From NCBI GenBank assembly GCA_043815505.1, contig JBDRIV010000002.1, forward strand, positions 374,943 through 438,942: a DNA stretch of 64,000 nucleotides, written 5' to 3'. Numbering within the stretch: position 1 is the stretch's first letter; every line of letters begins with the position of its first letter. This document shows positions 48,103-58,201 of this stretch, piece by piece. A model generated the notes under the pieces. That model saw only the letters and a list, made by a program, of their open reading frames with translations, did no database searches and was not told the DNA's origin. Origin of the DNA: a bacterium (GTDB lineage: Bacteria; Patescibacteriota; JABMPQ01; JBDRIV01). Made by a program: the position numbers and the translations under genes.

Positions 48103-49260
48103 TTGGAGAAAACTATGTCACAAAGCGAACAAAACGTAAATAACAAAGAATCTAAATCTATTTTAGACGAGGTTATTACCAGCCAACAAGAACGTGATTG
48201 GCAGGAACTTGATCCAAATAAAATTGTTTTTGGGTTAGTTCAGGAATTGCCATCAAGAACGGAGAGTATAATTGTCCGTCGTTTTGGTTTGGACGGAAAG
48301 GGTAAAAAGACCTTAGAGGAAATTGGTAAATCATACGGAATTACCAGAGAACGTGTTCGCCAAATTGAATCCGTGACAATCAAAGATATGCGCAAAAAAG
48401 GCAAACTTGATAATTTAGCTCCAGTGGAAGAGCATATTGAAATGATTTTAACTGAATATGGTCAAATTATGCACCATGATCATTTAATTGATACTTTTAT
48501 TACTAGACTTGATAATAAAAATATTAATAATCATTTGGTAGAATTTATTCTTGAACTATCTGATAAATTTGAAAAACATAATGAAACTGAAATTACTCAC
48601 AGAGCTTGGAGTATAAAAAATGCTAGCACAGAAATGATTCATGAAATAAACGAAGCTTTTAAGGAAGTCTTAGAAGGTCATGGTAAACCTATTCACTCAG
48701 AAAAAGTTCTAGATCATATTTCTGATCATGAAGTCTATAAAAAATACGAAGAAATTATTGATGAAAAATCAGTTGCTTCTTATCTAACAATAAGTAAACA
48801 CTTTATGCAAAATCCTTTTGCCGAGTGGGGACTGCGTGAATGGAGTGAAATTACACCCCGCGGTGTAAAAGATAAAGCTTATTTAGTTCTAGCTAAAAAA
48901 GGTGATCCGTTACATTTCCGCGATATTACAAAATCAATTAATGATTCGGGATTTTCCGGACGCCAAGCTTGTCAGCAAACAGTTCACAATGAACTTATTA
49001 AGGACGAACGATTTGTTTTAATCGGTCGGGGAATTTATGCTCTTAAAGAGTGGGGTTATTCAGAAGGAACAGTGGCCGATGTGGTTGAAAATCTTCTAAG
49101 AAAAAATGATACTTTAAGTCGCAAAGAAATTATTGATGGAGTTTTCAAACAAAGAATGGTAAAAAGAAATACTATTATTCTTGCGCTTCAAGATAAAAAC
49201 CGCTTTGCTAAGGTTAGCAAAGACCAGTTTAAATTAGCTGCTAAAGAAGAAGTTAAATAA
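48103..49260 (+). CDS. Sigma-70 region-4 plus HARE-HTH (RNAP delta-like) protein
   Basis: RRFGL...TLEEIGKSYGITRERVRQIE; PLHFRDI...TVHNELIKDERFVLIGRGIYALKEWG; no sigma region 2. Confidence 0.85.
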   Translation: MEKTMSQSEQNVNNKESKSILDEVITSQQERDWQELDPNKIVFGLVQELPSRTESIIVRRFGLDGKGKKTLEEIGKSYGITRERVRQIESVTIKDMRKKGKLDNLAPVEEHIEMILTEYGQIMHHDHLIDTFITRLDNKNINNHLVEFILELSDKFEKHNETEITHRAWSIKNASTEMIHEINEAFKEVLEGHGKPIHSEKVLDHISDHEVYKKYEEIIDEKSVASYLTISKHFMQNPFAEWGLREWSEITPRGVKDKAYLVLAKKGDPLHFRDITKSINDSGFSGRQACQQTVHNELIKDERFVLIGRGIYALKEWGYSEGTVADVVENLLRKNDTLSRKEIIDGVFKQRMVKRNTIILALQDKNRFAKVSKDQFKLAAKEEVK

Positions 49261-49299
49261 GCTAATTTAATTAATTAAACAAAAATAAAACTCACACAC

Positions 49300-50664
49300 A
49301 TGCTGGTGACTATAATTGAAAACACGCCTAAAATTCAGGAAAAAGTGGTAGCAGAACCAACCACAACTGTCCCAACCCTGGGAGATGTTACATCTACTTT
49401 CTGGGGATATATTGCGGAAGTTTGGTGGCTTCTCTTGCCACTTTTTCTATTCTCAATCTTATGGAAAATTTGGATTGAATATAAAAAAGATGCTTACGAA
49501 CAAAGTATGGAGTATATTAATTTGGCCATTGATGTGCCAGATGTTTTAGATATTGGACCAGAGGCAATTGAACAAATATTTGCTGGCATCCATGGTGGCA
49601 TTGAAACTAATCCTAATATTATAGAAAAATATTGGGAAGGAAAAAGGGCGGAAAGAATTTCTTTTGAAATAACTGGTATTGATGGTTTCATTCGCTTTGT
49701 TGTTAGATTGCCAGAATATTATAGAGACTTAGTCGAAGCCCAAATTTATGCTCAGTATCCTGATGCTCAGATTTCTGAAACTCCTGATTATACCGAAAAC
49801 ATGCCGACTAAATTTCCCGACGATAATTATGATATGTTTGCTTGCGATTTTCAGTTAACCAAGGAAGATGCATATCCAATCAAAACCTATAAAGACTTTA
49901 TGAGTCAGGATGCCGAGATTCCTTTTAATGATCCCCTAAATAGTTTGACTGAAGGCTTAAGTAAATTATCACAAGGTGAGCAGGTTTGGTTACAAATAGT
50001 AGCCAGACCAAAAAGTGATGACTGGCATGATGACGGAGTTAAATTAGCCAAGAAATTAATTGGTGCCAAAGTTGAAGTCAAACAAACTGGTTTTGATAAA
50101 GCAGCTGAAGCCGTTCTTATTAAACCCTTGCACGCTGCTCAAAAAGGCTTAGAGGGAGCTGTTATGGGCTCAGAAGCTGAAGAGAGTAGTAATAGTAAAG
50201 ACGATCCTGTCAGTTTAATGCAGTTTTTATCACCAGGTGAAAGAAATGTTGTAGAAGCTTTGGAAAGAAACATTGCTAAGCCAGGTTTTGAAATTGGTTT
50301 TCGCTTTATTTATATTGCTAAAAAAGAAGTATTCAAAAAACCTAAAGGTGTTAAAATAGTAGTAGGCGCACTTAAGCAGTTTTCGTCATTGGATTTGAAT
50401 AGTTTTAAAATGAATAAAAAAACCAGAACTAAATTAGATTATCTATTTGTTGAACCGCGATTAAACAGACGTAAACGCAAAATGATGAGAAATTTTAAAG
50501 CGCGTGAAATGGATAAGAGACCAAAACCTTTTATATTGAGCACAGAAGAATTAGCCACTCTTTATCACTTTCCATTTTCATCTGTTAAAGCGCCAATGGT
50601 TCCAAGAACTGAATCGCGCAAGTCGCAACCTCCAATTGAATTACCTTTGGAAGATATTTCTTAA
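49300..50664 (+). CDS. Membrane-anchored conserved hypothetical protein, partner of the downstream ATPase
   Basis: N-terminal TM; SFEI...QIYAQYP..I; YPIKTY; ILSTEELATLYHFP. Confidence 0.8.
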   Translation: MLVTIIENTPKIQEKVVAEPTTTVPTLGDVTSTFWGYIAEVWWLLLPLFLFSILWKIWIEYKKDAYEQSMEYINLAIDVPDVLDIGPEAIEQIFAGIHGGIETNPNIIEKYWEGKRAERISFEITGIDGFIRFVVRLPEYYRDLVEAQIYAQYPDAQISETPDYTENMPTKFPDDNYDMFACDFQLTKEDAYPIKTYKDFMSQDAEIPFNDPLNSLTEGLSKLSQGEQVWLQIVARPKSDDWHDDGVKLAKKLIGAKVEVKQTGFDKAAEAVLIKPLHAAQKGLEGAVMGSEAEESSNSKDDPVSLMQFLSPGERNVVEALERNIAKPGFEIGFRFIYIAKKEVFKKPKGVKIVVGALKQFSSLDLNSFKMNKKTRTKLDYLFVEPRLNRRKRKMMRNFKAREMDKRPKPFILSTEELATLYHFPFSSVKAPMVPRTESRKSQPPIELPLEDIS

Positions 50665-50670
50665 AACCAA

Positions 50671-52425
50671 ATGGAAGAAGAAGACAAATCTATTACAACT
50701 TTAGGTGAAACCAACTTTCGTGACCAAAGGAAACGTTTTGGTATAAAAGTTGATGATCGTCGTCGCCATATGTATCTGATTGGAAAAACAGGTATGGGAA
50801 AAACAACCATGATGGAAAACATGGTAATTTCTGATATCCAATCTGGCAAAGGTCTTTGTGTAGTTGACCCTCATGGTGACTTTGCTAATAAAATGTTGGA
50901 TTATGTACCCAGCGACAGAATAAATGATGTAGTTTATTTTGATCCGGGTGATGTTGATTTTCCGATTGCTTTTAATATTATGGAAAATGTAGATCCGCGC
51001 TATAAGCATTTAATTGCTTCTGGTTTAGTGGGGGTTTTCAAAAAGATTTGGGCAGAAAGTTGGGGACCACGATTGGAATATGTTTTGCGCAATGCCATTT
51101 TAGCTTTACTTGATTATCCGGGTTCTACATTACTTGGCATTATGAGAATGTTGGTTGATAAAACATTTCGCAAAAAAGTTATTACTAAGATTAGTGATCC
51201 AGTAGTAAAATCTTTTTGGGTTGATGAGTATTCCAAATATCCCGATCGTTTTCAAGCAGAAGCCATAGCTCCAATTCAAAACAAAGTTGGTCAGTTCTTA
51301 TCTATTTCCCTAATTAGAAATATAGTCGGTCAAACAAAATCCACTATCGACATTAGAGAAATTATGGATAAGAACAAAATTATTTTGTTAAACTTAGCAA
51401 AAGGAAAAATTGGTGAAGATGCTGCCGCACTTTTTGGTGCTATTGTTATTACCAAAGTGCAATTAGCCGCTATGAGTCGGGCTGACATTAATGAAGAAGA
51501 CAGAAAAGATTTCTATTTATATGTTGATGAGTTCCAAAATTTTGCTACCGAGTCCTTTGCTGATATCTTATCTGAAGCCAGAAAGTATCGTTTGAATTTG
51601 ATTATGGCTCATCAGTATATTGCTCAGCTTTCTGAACCGGTGCGCGACGCTGTTTTTGGCAATGTCGGTACTATGGTTTCCTTCCGCATTGGTGCTACCG
51701 ATGCCGAATTTTTAGCACAGGAATTTGCTCCAGTTTTTGATGAAACAGATTTGGTGAATTTGCCAAAATATAATATCTATTTAAAATTGATGATCGATGG
51801 TGTGGCTTCTAATGCATTTTCTGCTCAAACCATTGTTGATAATCATCCCAAACACAGTTTGCGAGATAAAGTTATTTCTGTTTCCCGCGAACGCTATGCT
51901 AAGAAAAGAGAAGTGGTAGAAGATAAAATTGCGCGTTGGTCAGGAATGTTTGATGAAGCTCAAGAGCAAGAAAGAACAGCACAAGAAGCTAGACAACAAA
52001 GAGGTGGTAGAGATAACAGATATCAAAGCAATAATCGTAATAATAGTTTTTCAGATAACAGAAATAGAAATAATAATTATCAAGATAATCGCAATCAGGA
52101 TAATCGTAGTCGTTATCAGAGACCGCCACAGCAAAAACAAAGCGTTAGACCATCACAAACAAAAAATTTGCTGCCGGGTGATACTTTTGAAATGCAAAAA
52201 GGTGTTGTGCTTAAAAAAGAAGACAACAACAGCAATCAACAAAAACCAATTTCATTAACAGAAGCCATAAAGAATGAAGAGGAAAAAAGAAAAATTAAAG
52301 AAGCTATGATAAGAAAACACGACGAGATTAGAAGAGATGAGCAAAAGCGATACAAAAGATTTAAAGAGCAACAAAATAATCAGAAAAAGTCAGATTCTGG
52401 AAAAAAAGTAAATTTTGATAAATAA
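50671..52425 (+). CDS. VirD4/TraG/HerA-like DNA-binding ATPase
   Basis: HMYLIGKTGMGKT, VDPHGD, LYVDEFQNF, SEARKY, AHQYIAQL. Confidence 0.9.
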   Translation: MEEEDKSITTLGETNFRDQRKRFGIKVDDRRRHMYLIGKTGMGKTTMMENMVISDIQSGKGLCVVDPHGDFANKMLDYVPSDRINDVVYFDPGDVDFPIAFNIMENVDPRYKHLIASGLVGVFKKIWAESWGPRLEYVLRNAILALLDYPGSTLLGIMRMLVDKTFRKKVITKISDPVVKSFWVDEYSKYPDRFQAEAIAPIQNKVGQFLSISLIRNIVGQTKSTIDIREIMDKNKIILLNLAKGKIGEDAAALFGAIVITKVQLAAMSRADINEEDRKDFYLYVDEFQNFATESFADILSEARKYRLNLIMAHQYIAQLSEPVRDAVFGNVGTMVSFRIGATDAEFLAQEFAPVFDETDLVNLPKYNIYLKLMIDGVASNAFSAQTIVDNHPKHSLRDKVISVSRERYAKKREVVEDKIARWSGMFDEAQEQERTAQEARQQRGGRDNRYQSNNRNNSFSDNRNRNNNYQDNRNQDNRSRYQRPPQQKQSVRPSQTKNLLPGDTFEMQKGVVLKKEDNNSNQQKPISLTEAIKNEEEKRKIKEAMIRKHDEIRRDEQKRYKRFKEQQNNQKKSDSGKKVNFDK

Positions 52426-52877
52426 TGTTATTTACACCTCACATGGCAGTTGGTTCAGCTTTAGGAATCTTGATGCCAAATTATTGGTTTTTAGTAATTA
52501 TAGGAATCATTTCTCATTTCTTTTTAGATAATATTCCACATTGGCAGGAAGAAATGGATTCAAATTATGTACCTACCAAGAAAACATTTATTCGAATTTT
52601 AATAGACGTTCCCTTGGGACTTCTTTTTGTTTGGTGGGTAGTTACACTTTTTCCCGAATATACATCTTTTATAATTTTTGGTACTTTTATACAGTTTCTA
52701 CCAGATTTTATTGATCTGCTTAGATATTTACCGAAACGTTTTAATGGATTTATTCTTTGGTATATAAAATGGCACGACTCTATTCAAAATGAACCGCGGG
52801 GAGTATTTGGTATTATAACCCAATTATTTACAATATTATTAGCTGCAGTTGTTGTAATAGGAAATTCTGGTTTATAG
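52425..52877 (+). CDS. Membrane protein, possible metal-dependent hydrolase
   Basis: TPH, SHFFLDNIPHW, LPD and WHDSIQ His/Asp motifs among TM helices. Confidence 0.7.
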   Translation: MLFTPHMAVGSALGILMPNYWFLVIIGIISHFFLDNIPHWQEEMDSNYVPTKKTFIRILIDVPLGLLFVWWVVTLFPEYTSFIIFGTFIQFLPDFIDLLRYLPKRFNGFILWYIKWHDSIQNEPRGVFGIITQLFTILLAAVVVIGNSGL

Positions 52878-53018
52878 AGAAGCTTTTTAAAGATAGAAGT
52901 CCCCTTAAATAGGGGATTTTTTAGTAGAAGTAAATAGGGTGTTTCGCGCGAAACACTCCATACACATGAACGATAATTGCAAAAAATAGTTATAAAAAGT
53001 TATCCACACATTAAGGCA

Positions 53019-53046
53019 TTGACGTTCGGTATATGTTCGGTATAAT
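53019..53046 (+). promoter_or_regulatory. lexA promoter with a candidate direct-repeat SOS box
   Basis: TTGACG-16-TATAAT overlapping GTTCGGTATA x2 with an 11-bp period. Confidence 0.75.
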
Positions 53047-53073
53047 GAAAGTATCTTCAATTAAATAAAACTT

Positions 53074-53685
53074 ATGAACTGGAATAAACGATTAACTAAA
53101 CGTCAGAAAGAGCTTTTAGAATTCATTGAAAAATTTGTTAGAGAAAATGATTATTCCCCCAGCTACCAGGAAATAGCTGATCATTTTCAGTTATCTTCCA
53201 AGGCCACTGTTTACGAGCACATCCAAAACTTGAAGGAAAAGGGCTACCTCAAGTTGGATGAAGGGTTGTCTCGGTCTTTGTCATTGACAGAGATCGATAA
53301 AACTCGCCCGGCAGTGGTCTTGCCCCTGGTAGGAACTATTGCGGCCGGTGAACCCATTGAAGCTATTGAGGACAATGAAACTGTTGATGTACCAGAAAGC
53401 ATGGTGGGAGATAAAGCTTGCTATGCCCTAAAAGTTCGAGGCAACTCTATGATAGAAGACGGGATTTTTGATGGTGATACAGTTGTGATTGAAAGAAACT
53501 ATTATCCCAATAACGGCGACACAGTGGTAGCTTTAATTGATAATGAATCAGCCACGCTAAAAAGATATTACCGCGAACGCGGCCGAATTAGATTACAACC
53601 GGCAAATAAAACCATGCGACCACTTTTTGTAAAGAATCCAACCATTCAGGGAATTGCTCGGGCGGTGATTAGAAAATTCAAATAG
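53074..53685 (+). CDS. lexA: SOS repressor LexA
   Basis: LTKRQ...PSYQEIA; IAAG cleavage site; GNSM; TLKR. Confidence 0.97.
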   Translation: MNWNKRLTKRQKELLEFIEKFVRENDYSPSYQEIADHFQLSSKATVYEHIQNLKEKGYLKLDEGLSRSLSLTEIDKTRPAVVLPLVGTIAAGEPIEAIEDNETVDVPESMVGDKACYALKVRGNSMIEDGIFDGDTVVIERNYYPNNGDTVVALIDNESATLKRYYRERGRIRLQPANKTMRPLFVKNPTIQGIARAVIRKFK

Positions 53686-53689
53686 GAAG

Positions 53690-53932
53690 ATGGTGGAAAC
53701 TATAAATGAACCAATTAACGTGGTAGCATCTTTTGCTAATGGAAAGGTTAGACCCCGAAAATTTGTTTGGGGACGGCGTGTTTATCCAGTAGAAGCAATT
53801 CATCTTATTCATCGTAGTAGAAAGGGGCGGGCGGAACTCTATTTCTTTTCCGTTTCTGATGGCGTTAATGTTTTTAAACTTTTGTTTAACAACGAAACTT
53901 TGGATTGGGTTTTGGAAGAAGTCTATATTTAA
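53690..53932 (+). CDS. Small conserved beta-rich protein of the lexA-dinB locus
   Basis: PRKFVWGRRVY...YFFSV...FKLLF...WVL. Confidence 0.75.
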   Translation: MVETINEPINVVASFANGKVRPRKFVWGRRVYPVEAIHLIHRSRKGRAELYFFSVSDGVNVFKLLFNNETLDWVLEEVYI

Positions 53933-53981
53933 AAGATTAAAGAGTAAAAAGCAAAGAGAAAAGTAAAAATAATTTACTAAA

Positions 53982-54374
53982 ATGAATTATAAAGGAGTAA
54001 TAATTGAAGAAAGTTTAGACGATGTTAATATTCTCAAAGATATTAAAGTACTTAAAACAAAAGTTGAAGATGTTACTAAAAAACATCAAACATTTTGGTT
54101 AAAAAAATGGACCTTGCATACAGTTGAGATAACTGAAGACAAGGCTGAAAAAATAGCTACCAAATTAAGTAATGGTTTAGAAAAAGAGCATAATTGGTAT
54201 GCCGACTACAAAAATGATAAATATCATTATATTATATATCGAAATAAAATATTTAAAGTAGATCTACAAAATCCAATATTATATGCAGATGCAAAGAAGT
54301 ATGGTTTGTCGCTGGGAATACCAAAACATCAAGTGGATTTTGATCCAGATGACAAGATGTGGAAAAGAGATTAA
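53982..54374 (+). CDS. Conserved hypothetical protein
   Basis: GVIIEESL, WTLHTV, WYADY, YGLSLGIP..QVDF. Confidence 0.8.
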   Translation: MNYKGVIIEESLDDVNILKDIKVLKTKVEDVTKKHQTFWLKKWTLHTVEITEDKAEKIATKLSNGLEKEHNWYADYKNDKYHYIIYRNKIFKVDLQNPILYADAKKYGLSLGIPKHQVDFDPDDKMWKRD

Positions 54375-54425
54375 TAAATTTAATAAATAAGGAATCCGCT
54401 GTAAAGGCGGTTTTATTATCCAAAA

Positions 54426-55649
54426 ATGAAGAGAGTAATAATGCATCTGGATATGGATTCGTACTTTGCCACTTGTGAACAGCAAGCGAATCCCAAATTG
54501 CGCGGTTGCCCTGTGGTTGTAACGGGCGATCCCAAAGGTCGGTCAGTAATTTCGGCTGCCTCCAAAGAGGCTAAAAAACTTGGCATAAAATCTGGTATGC
54601 CTGTTTTTGAAGCTAAAAACATTTCTCCTTCTATAGTTTTTATTAATCATGACTTTCACAAATATAAATATATCACAGAAAATATTATCAAAATTGTGGA
54701 ACACTACACACCCATGGTAGAAATATTTAGCATTGATGAAGTGTTTTTAGATTTAACTAAAACTCACACAAGATATGGAGGTGTAAAAAACATAGCCAGT
54801 AAAATAAAAACGGAATTAAAAAATGAAATTGGTGATTTTATGACTTGTTCTGTTGGCGTGGCACCAAATAAAATGTTGGCCAAAGTAGTCTCTGAAATAA
54901 ACAAACCTGACGGCTATTATTATTTATCAGCCAGAAATGTAAAAACTTTCTTGGCAAATTTAAAAGTAGAGGAAGTTTGTGGCATTGGACCAAAAACTAC
55001 AGTTGTAATAAATCGTTGGGGAGCATTTACCATGGGTGATGTGGCTAAGCTTAATCAGGTGATGTTAACTGACATGTTTGGTGTTTGGGGCTACGATTTA
55101 CATCGGATGGCAAAAGGGATTGATTCTTCACCAGTAGTTCCATATTATTTTAGTGATGACGCTAAATCATATGGCCATCAGGTAACATTGGAAAAGAATA
55201 CAGTTGACGTAAATGAAATGAAAGCAATTTTATTTCGTTTGTGTGAAAGAGTGGCTAGAAGAATGAGAAAAGATAATGCTTTTGGTCGCGTGGCCAGACT
55301 TTCAGTTCGTTACGATAATTTTAAAGGCTTCTCAAAACAAACCACTTTGCAGTTCTATACTTATGATGGTCAGGATATATTCACTTACGTAATGTTTCTA
55401 TTTGAATCGCAGAAGCTTTTAAGGCCCGTTAGATTGCTCGGTGTTAGTGTGTCGGGAATTGTTGTTAACAATGAACAGTTACCAGTTTTGGCTAAAGAAA
55501 GCAAAAGACGCCAACTTCTAAAAACTATTGATAAAATAAACGATCGTTATGGTAATAATGCCGTATTGCGCGGCGATGCTTTTTGGCACGCCTACTACAA
55601 CAAAAAAGAAGTTTCCTACCATTTTATTGAGCGCGGTGAATTTACTTAA
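54426..55649 (+). CDS. dinB: Y-family DNA polymerase IV
   Basis: HLDMDSYFA, SIDEVFLD, SVGVAPNKMLAK. Confidence 0.95.
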   Translation: MKRVIMHLDMDSYFATCEQQANPKLRGCPVVVTGDPKGRSVISAASKEAKKLGIKSGMPVFEAKNISPSIVFINHDFHKYKYITENIIKIVEHYTPMVEIFSIDEVFLDLTKTHTRYGGVKNIASKIKTELKNEIGDFMTCSVGVAPNKMLAKVVSEINKPDGYYYLSARNVKTFLANLKVEEVCGIGPKTTVVINRWGAFTMGDVAKLNQVMLTDMFGVWGYDLHRMAKGIDSSPVVPYYFSDDAKSYGHQVTLEKNTVDVNEMKAILFRLCERVARRMRKDNAFGRVARLSVRYDNFKGFSKQTTLQFYTYDGQDIFTYVMFLFESQKLLRPVRLLGVSVSGIVVNNEQLPVLAKESKRRQLLKTIDKINDRYGNNAVLRGDAFWHAYYNKKEVSYHFIERGEFT

Positions 55650-55685
55650 ATAGCAAATTTCAATACTTTTTGATAACATGTAGTC

Positions 55686-56336
55686 ATGAACAAAAAAGAA
55701 GCAATTAATAAAACTGAAATATTTGTTAAAGAAACTTTAGCTAATGCTGAAGGCGGGCACGATTGGTGGCATATTAATCGTGTTTGGAAATTGGCGCGGC
55801 ATATTGCGAAAACTGAAATAGTTGATGAATTTATTGTTGATTTAGGTGCTTTATTGCACGATATTGCTGAACAAAAGTTTCATGATGGGAATGAAGAGAT
55901 TGGGTCCAAGAGGGCTAGAGAGTTTCTAGAATTAATTGGTATTAATGAGGATGTAATTTTTCATATAGAAAGTATTATAAAAAATGTTTCTTATACTAAA
56001 AGATTAGAACAAAAATTCAAATCCCCAGAACTGGATGTTATACAAGATGCTGATAGGTTAGATGCCTTAGGAGCTATTGGTATTGCAAGAACATTTATGT
56101 ATGGAGGAAGAAAAAATAGATTGATTTATGATCCAAATATTAATCCAAACTTAAACAGAACAAAAGAAGATTACAAAAATGATACAACTCCTGTACTAAA
56201 TCATTTTTATGAAAAGCTTCTATTATTGAAAGATAAAATGAACACAAATACTGGTAAGAAAATAGCAGAGCACAGACATAAATATTTAGAACAGTATCTT
56301 GATGAGTTTTACAAAGAATGGGAGGGTGAATTATGA
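55686..56336 (+). CDS. HD-domain phosphohydrolase
   Basis: GHDWWHI.RV, ALLHDI, QDADRLDALGAIGIAR, HFYEKLL. Confidence 0.92.
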   Translation: MNKKEAINKTEIFVKETLANAEGGHDWWHINRVWKLARHIAKTEIVDEFIVDLGALLHDIAEQKFHDGNEEIGSKRAREFLELIGINEDVIFHIESIIKNVSYTKRLEQKFKSPELDVIQDADRLDALGAIGIARTFMYGGRKNRLIYDPNINPNLNRTKEDYKNDTTPVLNHFYEKLLLLKDKMNTNTGKKIAEHRHKYLEQYLDEFYKEWEGEL

Positions 56337-57394
56337 AAACTAAATCAAAAACAATCGTGGTTGGAATGAGTGGCGGTGTTGATTCATCCGTTACCGCTGC
56401 CATTTTGAAAGATCAAAGTTACAATGTAATCGGTGTTTTTATGTACAATTGGGATGATAAAGCCATGGGAACAGAAAAAATAAACGGCTGTACAGCCGAA
56501 AGCGATCAGCAAGATGTGCGCAAGGTTTGCGGTCAATTAAATATTCCTTTCTATACTTTTAATTTCACCAAGGAATATAGAAGAAAAGTTTTTAATTATT
56601 TCATTTCTGAATATAAAAAAAATAGAACTCCCAATCCCGATATGTTGTGTAATAAAGAAATCAAATTTGAAGTTTTTGCAGAGAAAGCAAAACAATTGGG
56701 AGCAGACCTCATAGCAACAGGACACTACGCAATTCTTAAAAAAGGACAACTGTATAGAGGAAAAGATGAGAGTAAAGATCAATCATATTTTTTGGCAGCT
56801 ACAGAAAAAAAGAAATTTAGCAATGTATTATTTCCGCTCGGTGAATTGAAAAAAGAGCAAGTTAGAAAACTGGCTAAGAAATATAAATTAGTAGTGGCTG
56901 ATAAAAAAGATTCGCAAGGAATTTGTTTTGTTGGTAATATTGAAGTGGCCAAATTCTTAAGAATGTTCATGAAACCTAAGAAAGGAAAAGTTATCACTGA
57001 AGAAGGCGAAGTTATTGGTGAACACGACGGAGCGCATTTTTATACTATTGGTCAACGTCATGGCCTGGGAATAGCTTCTGATTTACCATATTTTATAACG
57101 AGAACTGATGTAAAAAAGAACATAGTTTATGTGGGAAAAGGTTCTCATCACAAAGCATTGTTTAGAAAAACTCTTGTTTTGTCCAAACTTAATTATTTTG
57201 TTTCTCAAAAAAAAATACCAAAAAATGTCCAAATTCAAATTAGATATAGACATAAGGCCGTACCAGCAAAAATTACTAAAAAAGGTAAGAAATATTATAT
57301 AGAATTTAAAAATTTACAAAGAGCGGTAACACCTGGTCAATTTGGCGTGATTTACAAGAAAAATCAAGTTTTAGCAGCGGGTATTATTAATTAA
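56333..57394 (+). CDS. mnmA: tRNA 2-thiouridylase
   Basis: GMSGGVDSS, TPNPD..CN, ATGHY, KDQSYF, DSQGICF, TIGQR, AVTPGQ. Confidence 0.97.
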   Translation: MKTKSKTIVVGMSGGVDSSVTAAILKDQSYNVIGVFMYNWDDKAMGTEKINGCTAESDQQDVRKVCGQLNIPFYTFNFTKEYRRKVFNYFISEYKKNRTPNPDMLCNKEIKFEVFAEKAKQLGADLIATGHYAILKKGQLYRGKDESKDQSYFLAATEKKKFSNVLFPLGELKKEQVRKLAKKYKLVVADKKDSQGICFVGNIEVAKFLRMFMKPKKGKVITEEGEVIGEHDGAHFYTIGQRHGLGIASDLPYFITRTDVKKNIVYVGKGSHHKALFRKTLVLSKLNYFVSQKKIPKNVQIQIRYRHKAVPAKITKKGKKYYIEFKNLQRAVTPGQFGVIYKKNQVLAAGIIN

Positions 57395-57448
57395 CTTTTC
57401 AAAAAGCTAAATTTCCTTTATAATAAGAGAAAAATAGCTTTATTTTTT

Positions 57449-58201
57449 ATGCCAAAAGAATTCAATTTTCTAAGAGAAATAGGATATGGTAAAAATTCTG
57501 AGCAGATTATTGATAGCTTAAAACAAAAAGGTAATGTTAAGGATATTTTTGAAGATGCTTATGAAGAAGTTTTAGATGACGAAAGGAACTTAAAACACAT
57601 TGTACAAAAATTAAAGGATGACAATAAACAGTTTGGATATGATATTCGTAAATTGGGTAATAAAGTAGATGTTTATAATGCTCGCATTCTAAAATTTAAA
57701 AAAAATGTTCAGCAGCAAGAAAATGAATTAATACGTATTGAACAAGATGAAAGTTTAGGCAGAGAAGAATTGGACAGAAAAAAAGCAGACTTTTATAATC
57801 GCGGAACCCTAAAAGATAGTGGCCAAACTGATAATAGAGAAGGAGTTGGCGATCCCATGCTTTTGCAACAAATTGATGATACGGATATAAATAATCCAAA
57901 CGCTCCACAAGAAAAATCTCCCACAAAAGAAAGAAAAGATCAAGCCGAAATAGATTATAGGGATGAAGAAGAAAATTTACTATCTCTTAAGGAAGCGAAG
58001 AAGGAAAAAGAAAGAGATATTAGGCATTTAGAGGAAGAAATTGAAAAGCATGAGGAAGAAATTGAGGAAGCAGAAACAGAACAAAAAAACTTAGAAGCAG
58101 ATATTAAAACCAATACCAAAGTAATAAAAGAAAGACAAGAAGATTTAAAAGAGATCTCAGATATTGTTAGAAAATTAAGAGAATTAAAAAGAGCAGCCTA
58201 A
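57449..58201 (+). CDS. Hypothetical coiled-coil protein
   Basis: E/K-rich heptads. Confidence 0.75.
   Translation: MPKEFNFLREIGYGKNSEQIIDSLKQKGNVKDIFEDAYEEVLDDERNLKHIVQKLKDDNKQFGYDIRKLGNKVDVYNARILKFKKNVQQQENELIRIEQDESLGREELDRKKADFYNRGTLKDSGQTDNREGVGDPMLLQQIDDTDINNPNAPQEKSPTKERKDQAEIDYRDEEENLLSLKEAKKEKERDIRHLEEEIEKHEEEIEEAETEQKNLEADIKTNTKVIKERQEDLKEISDIVRKLRELKRAA

Noticed and set aside
52010-52125. Possible CRISPR or tandem repeat (GATAAT/AATCG units)
   Set aside because: Low-complexity coding sequence; no repeat-spacer array or cas genes seen in the window
53000-53008. Replication origin suggested by TTATCCACA
   Set aside because: Single box, no cluster and no dnaA nearby
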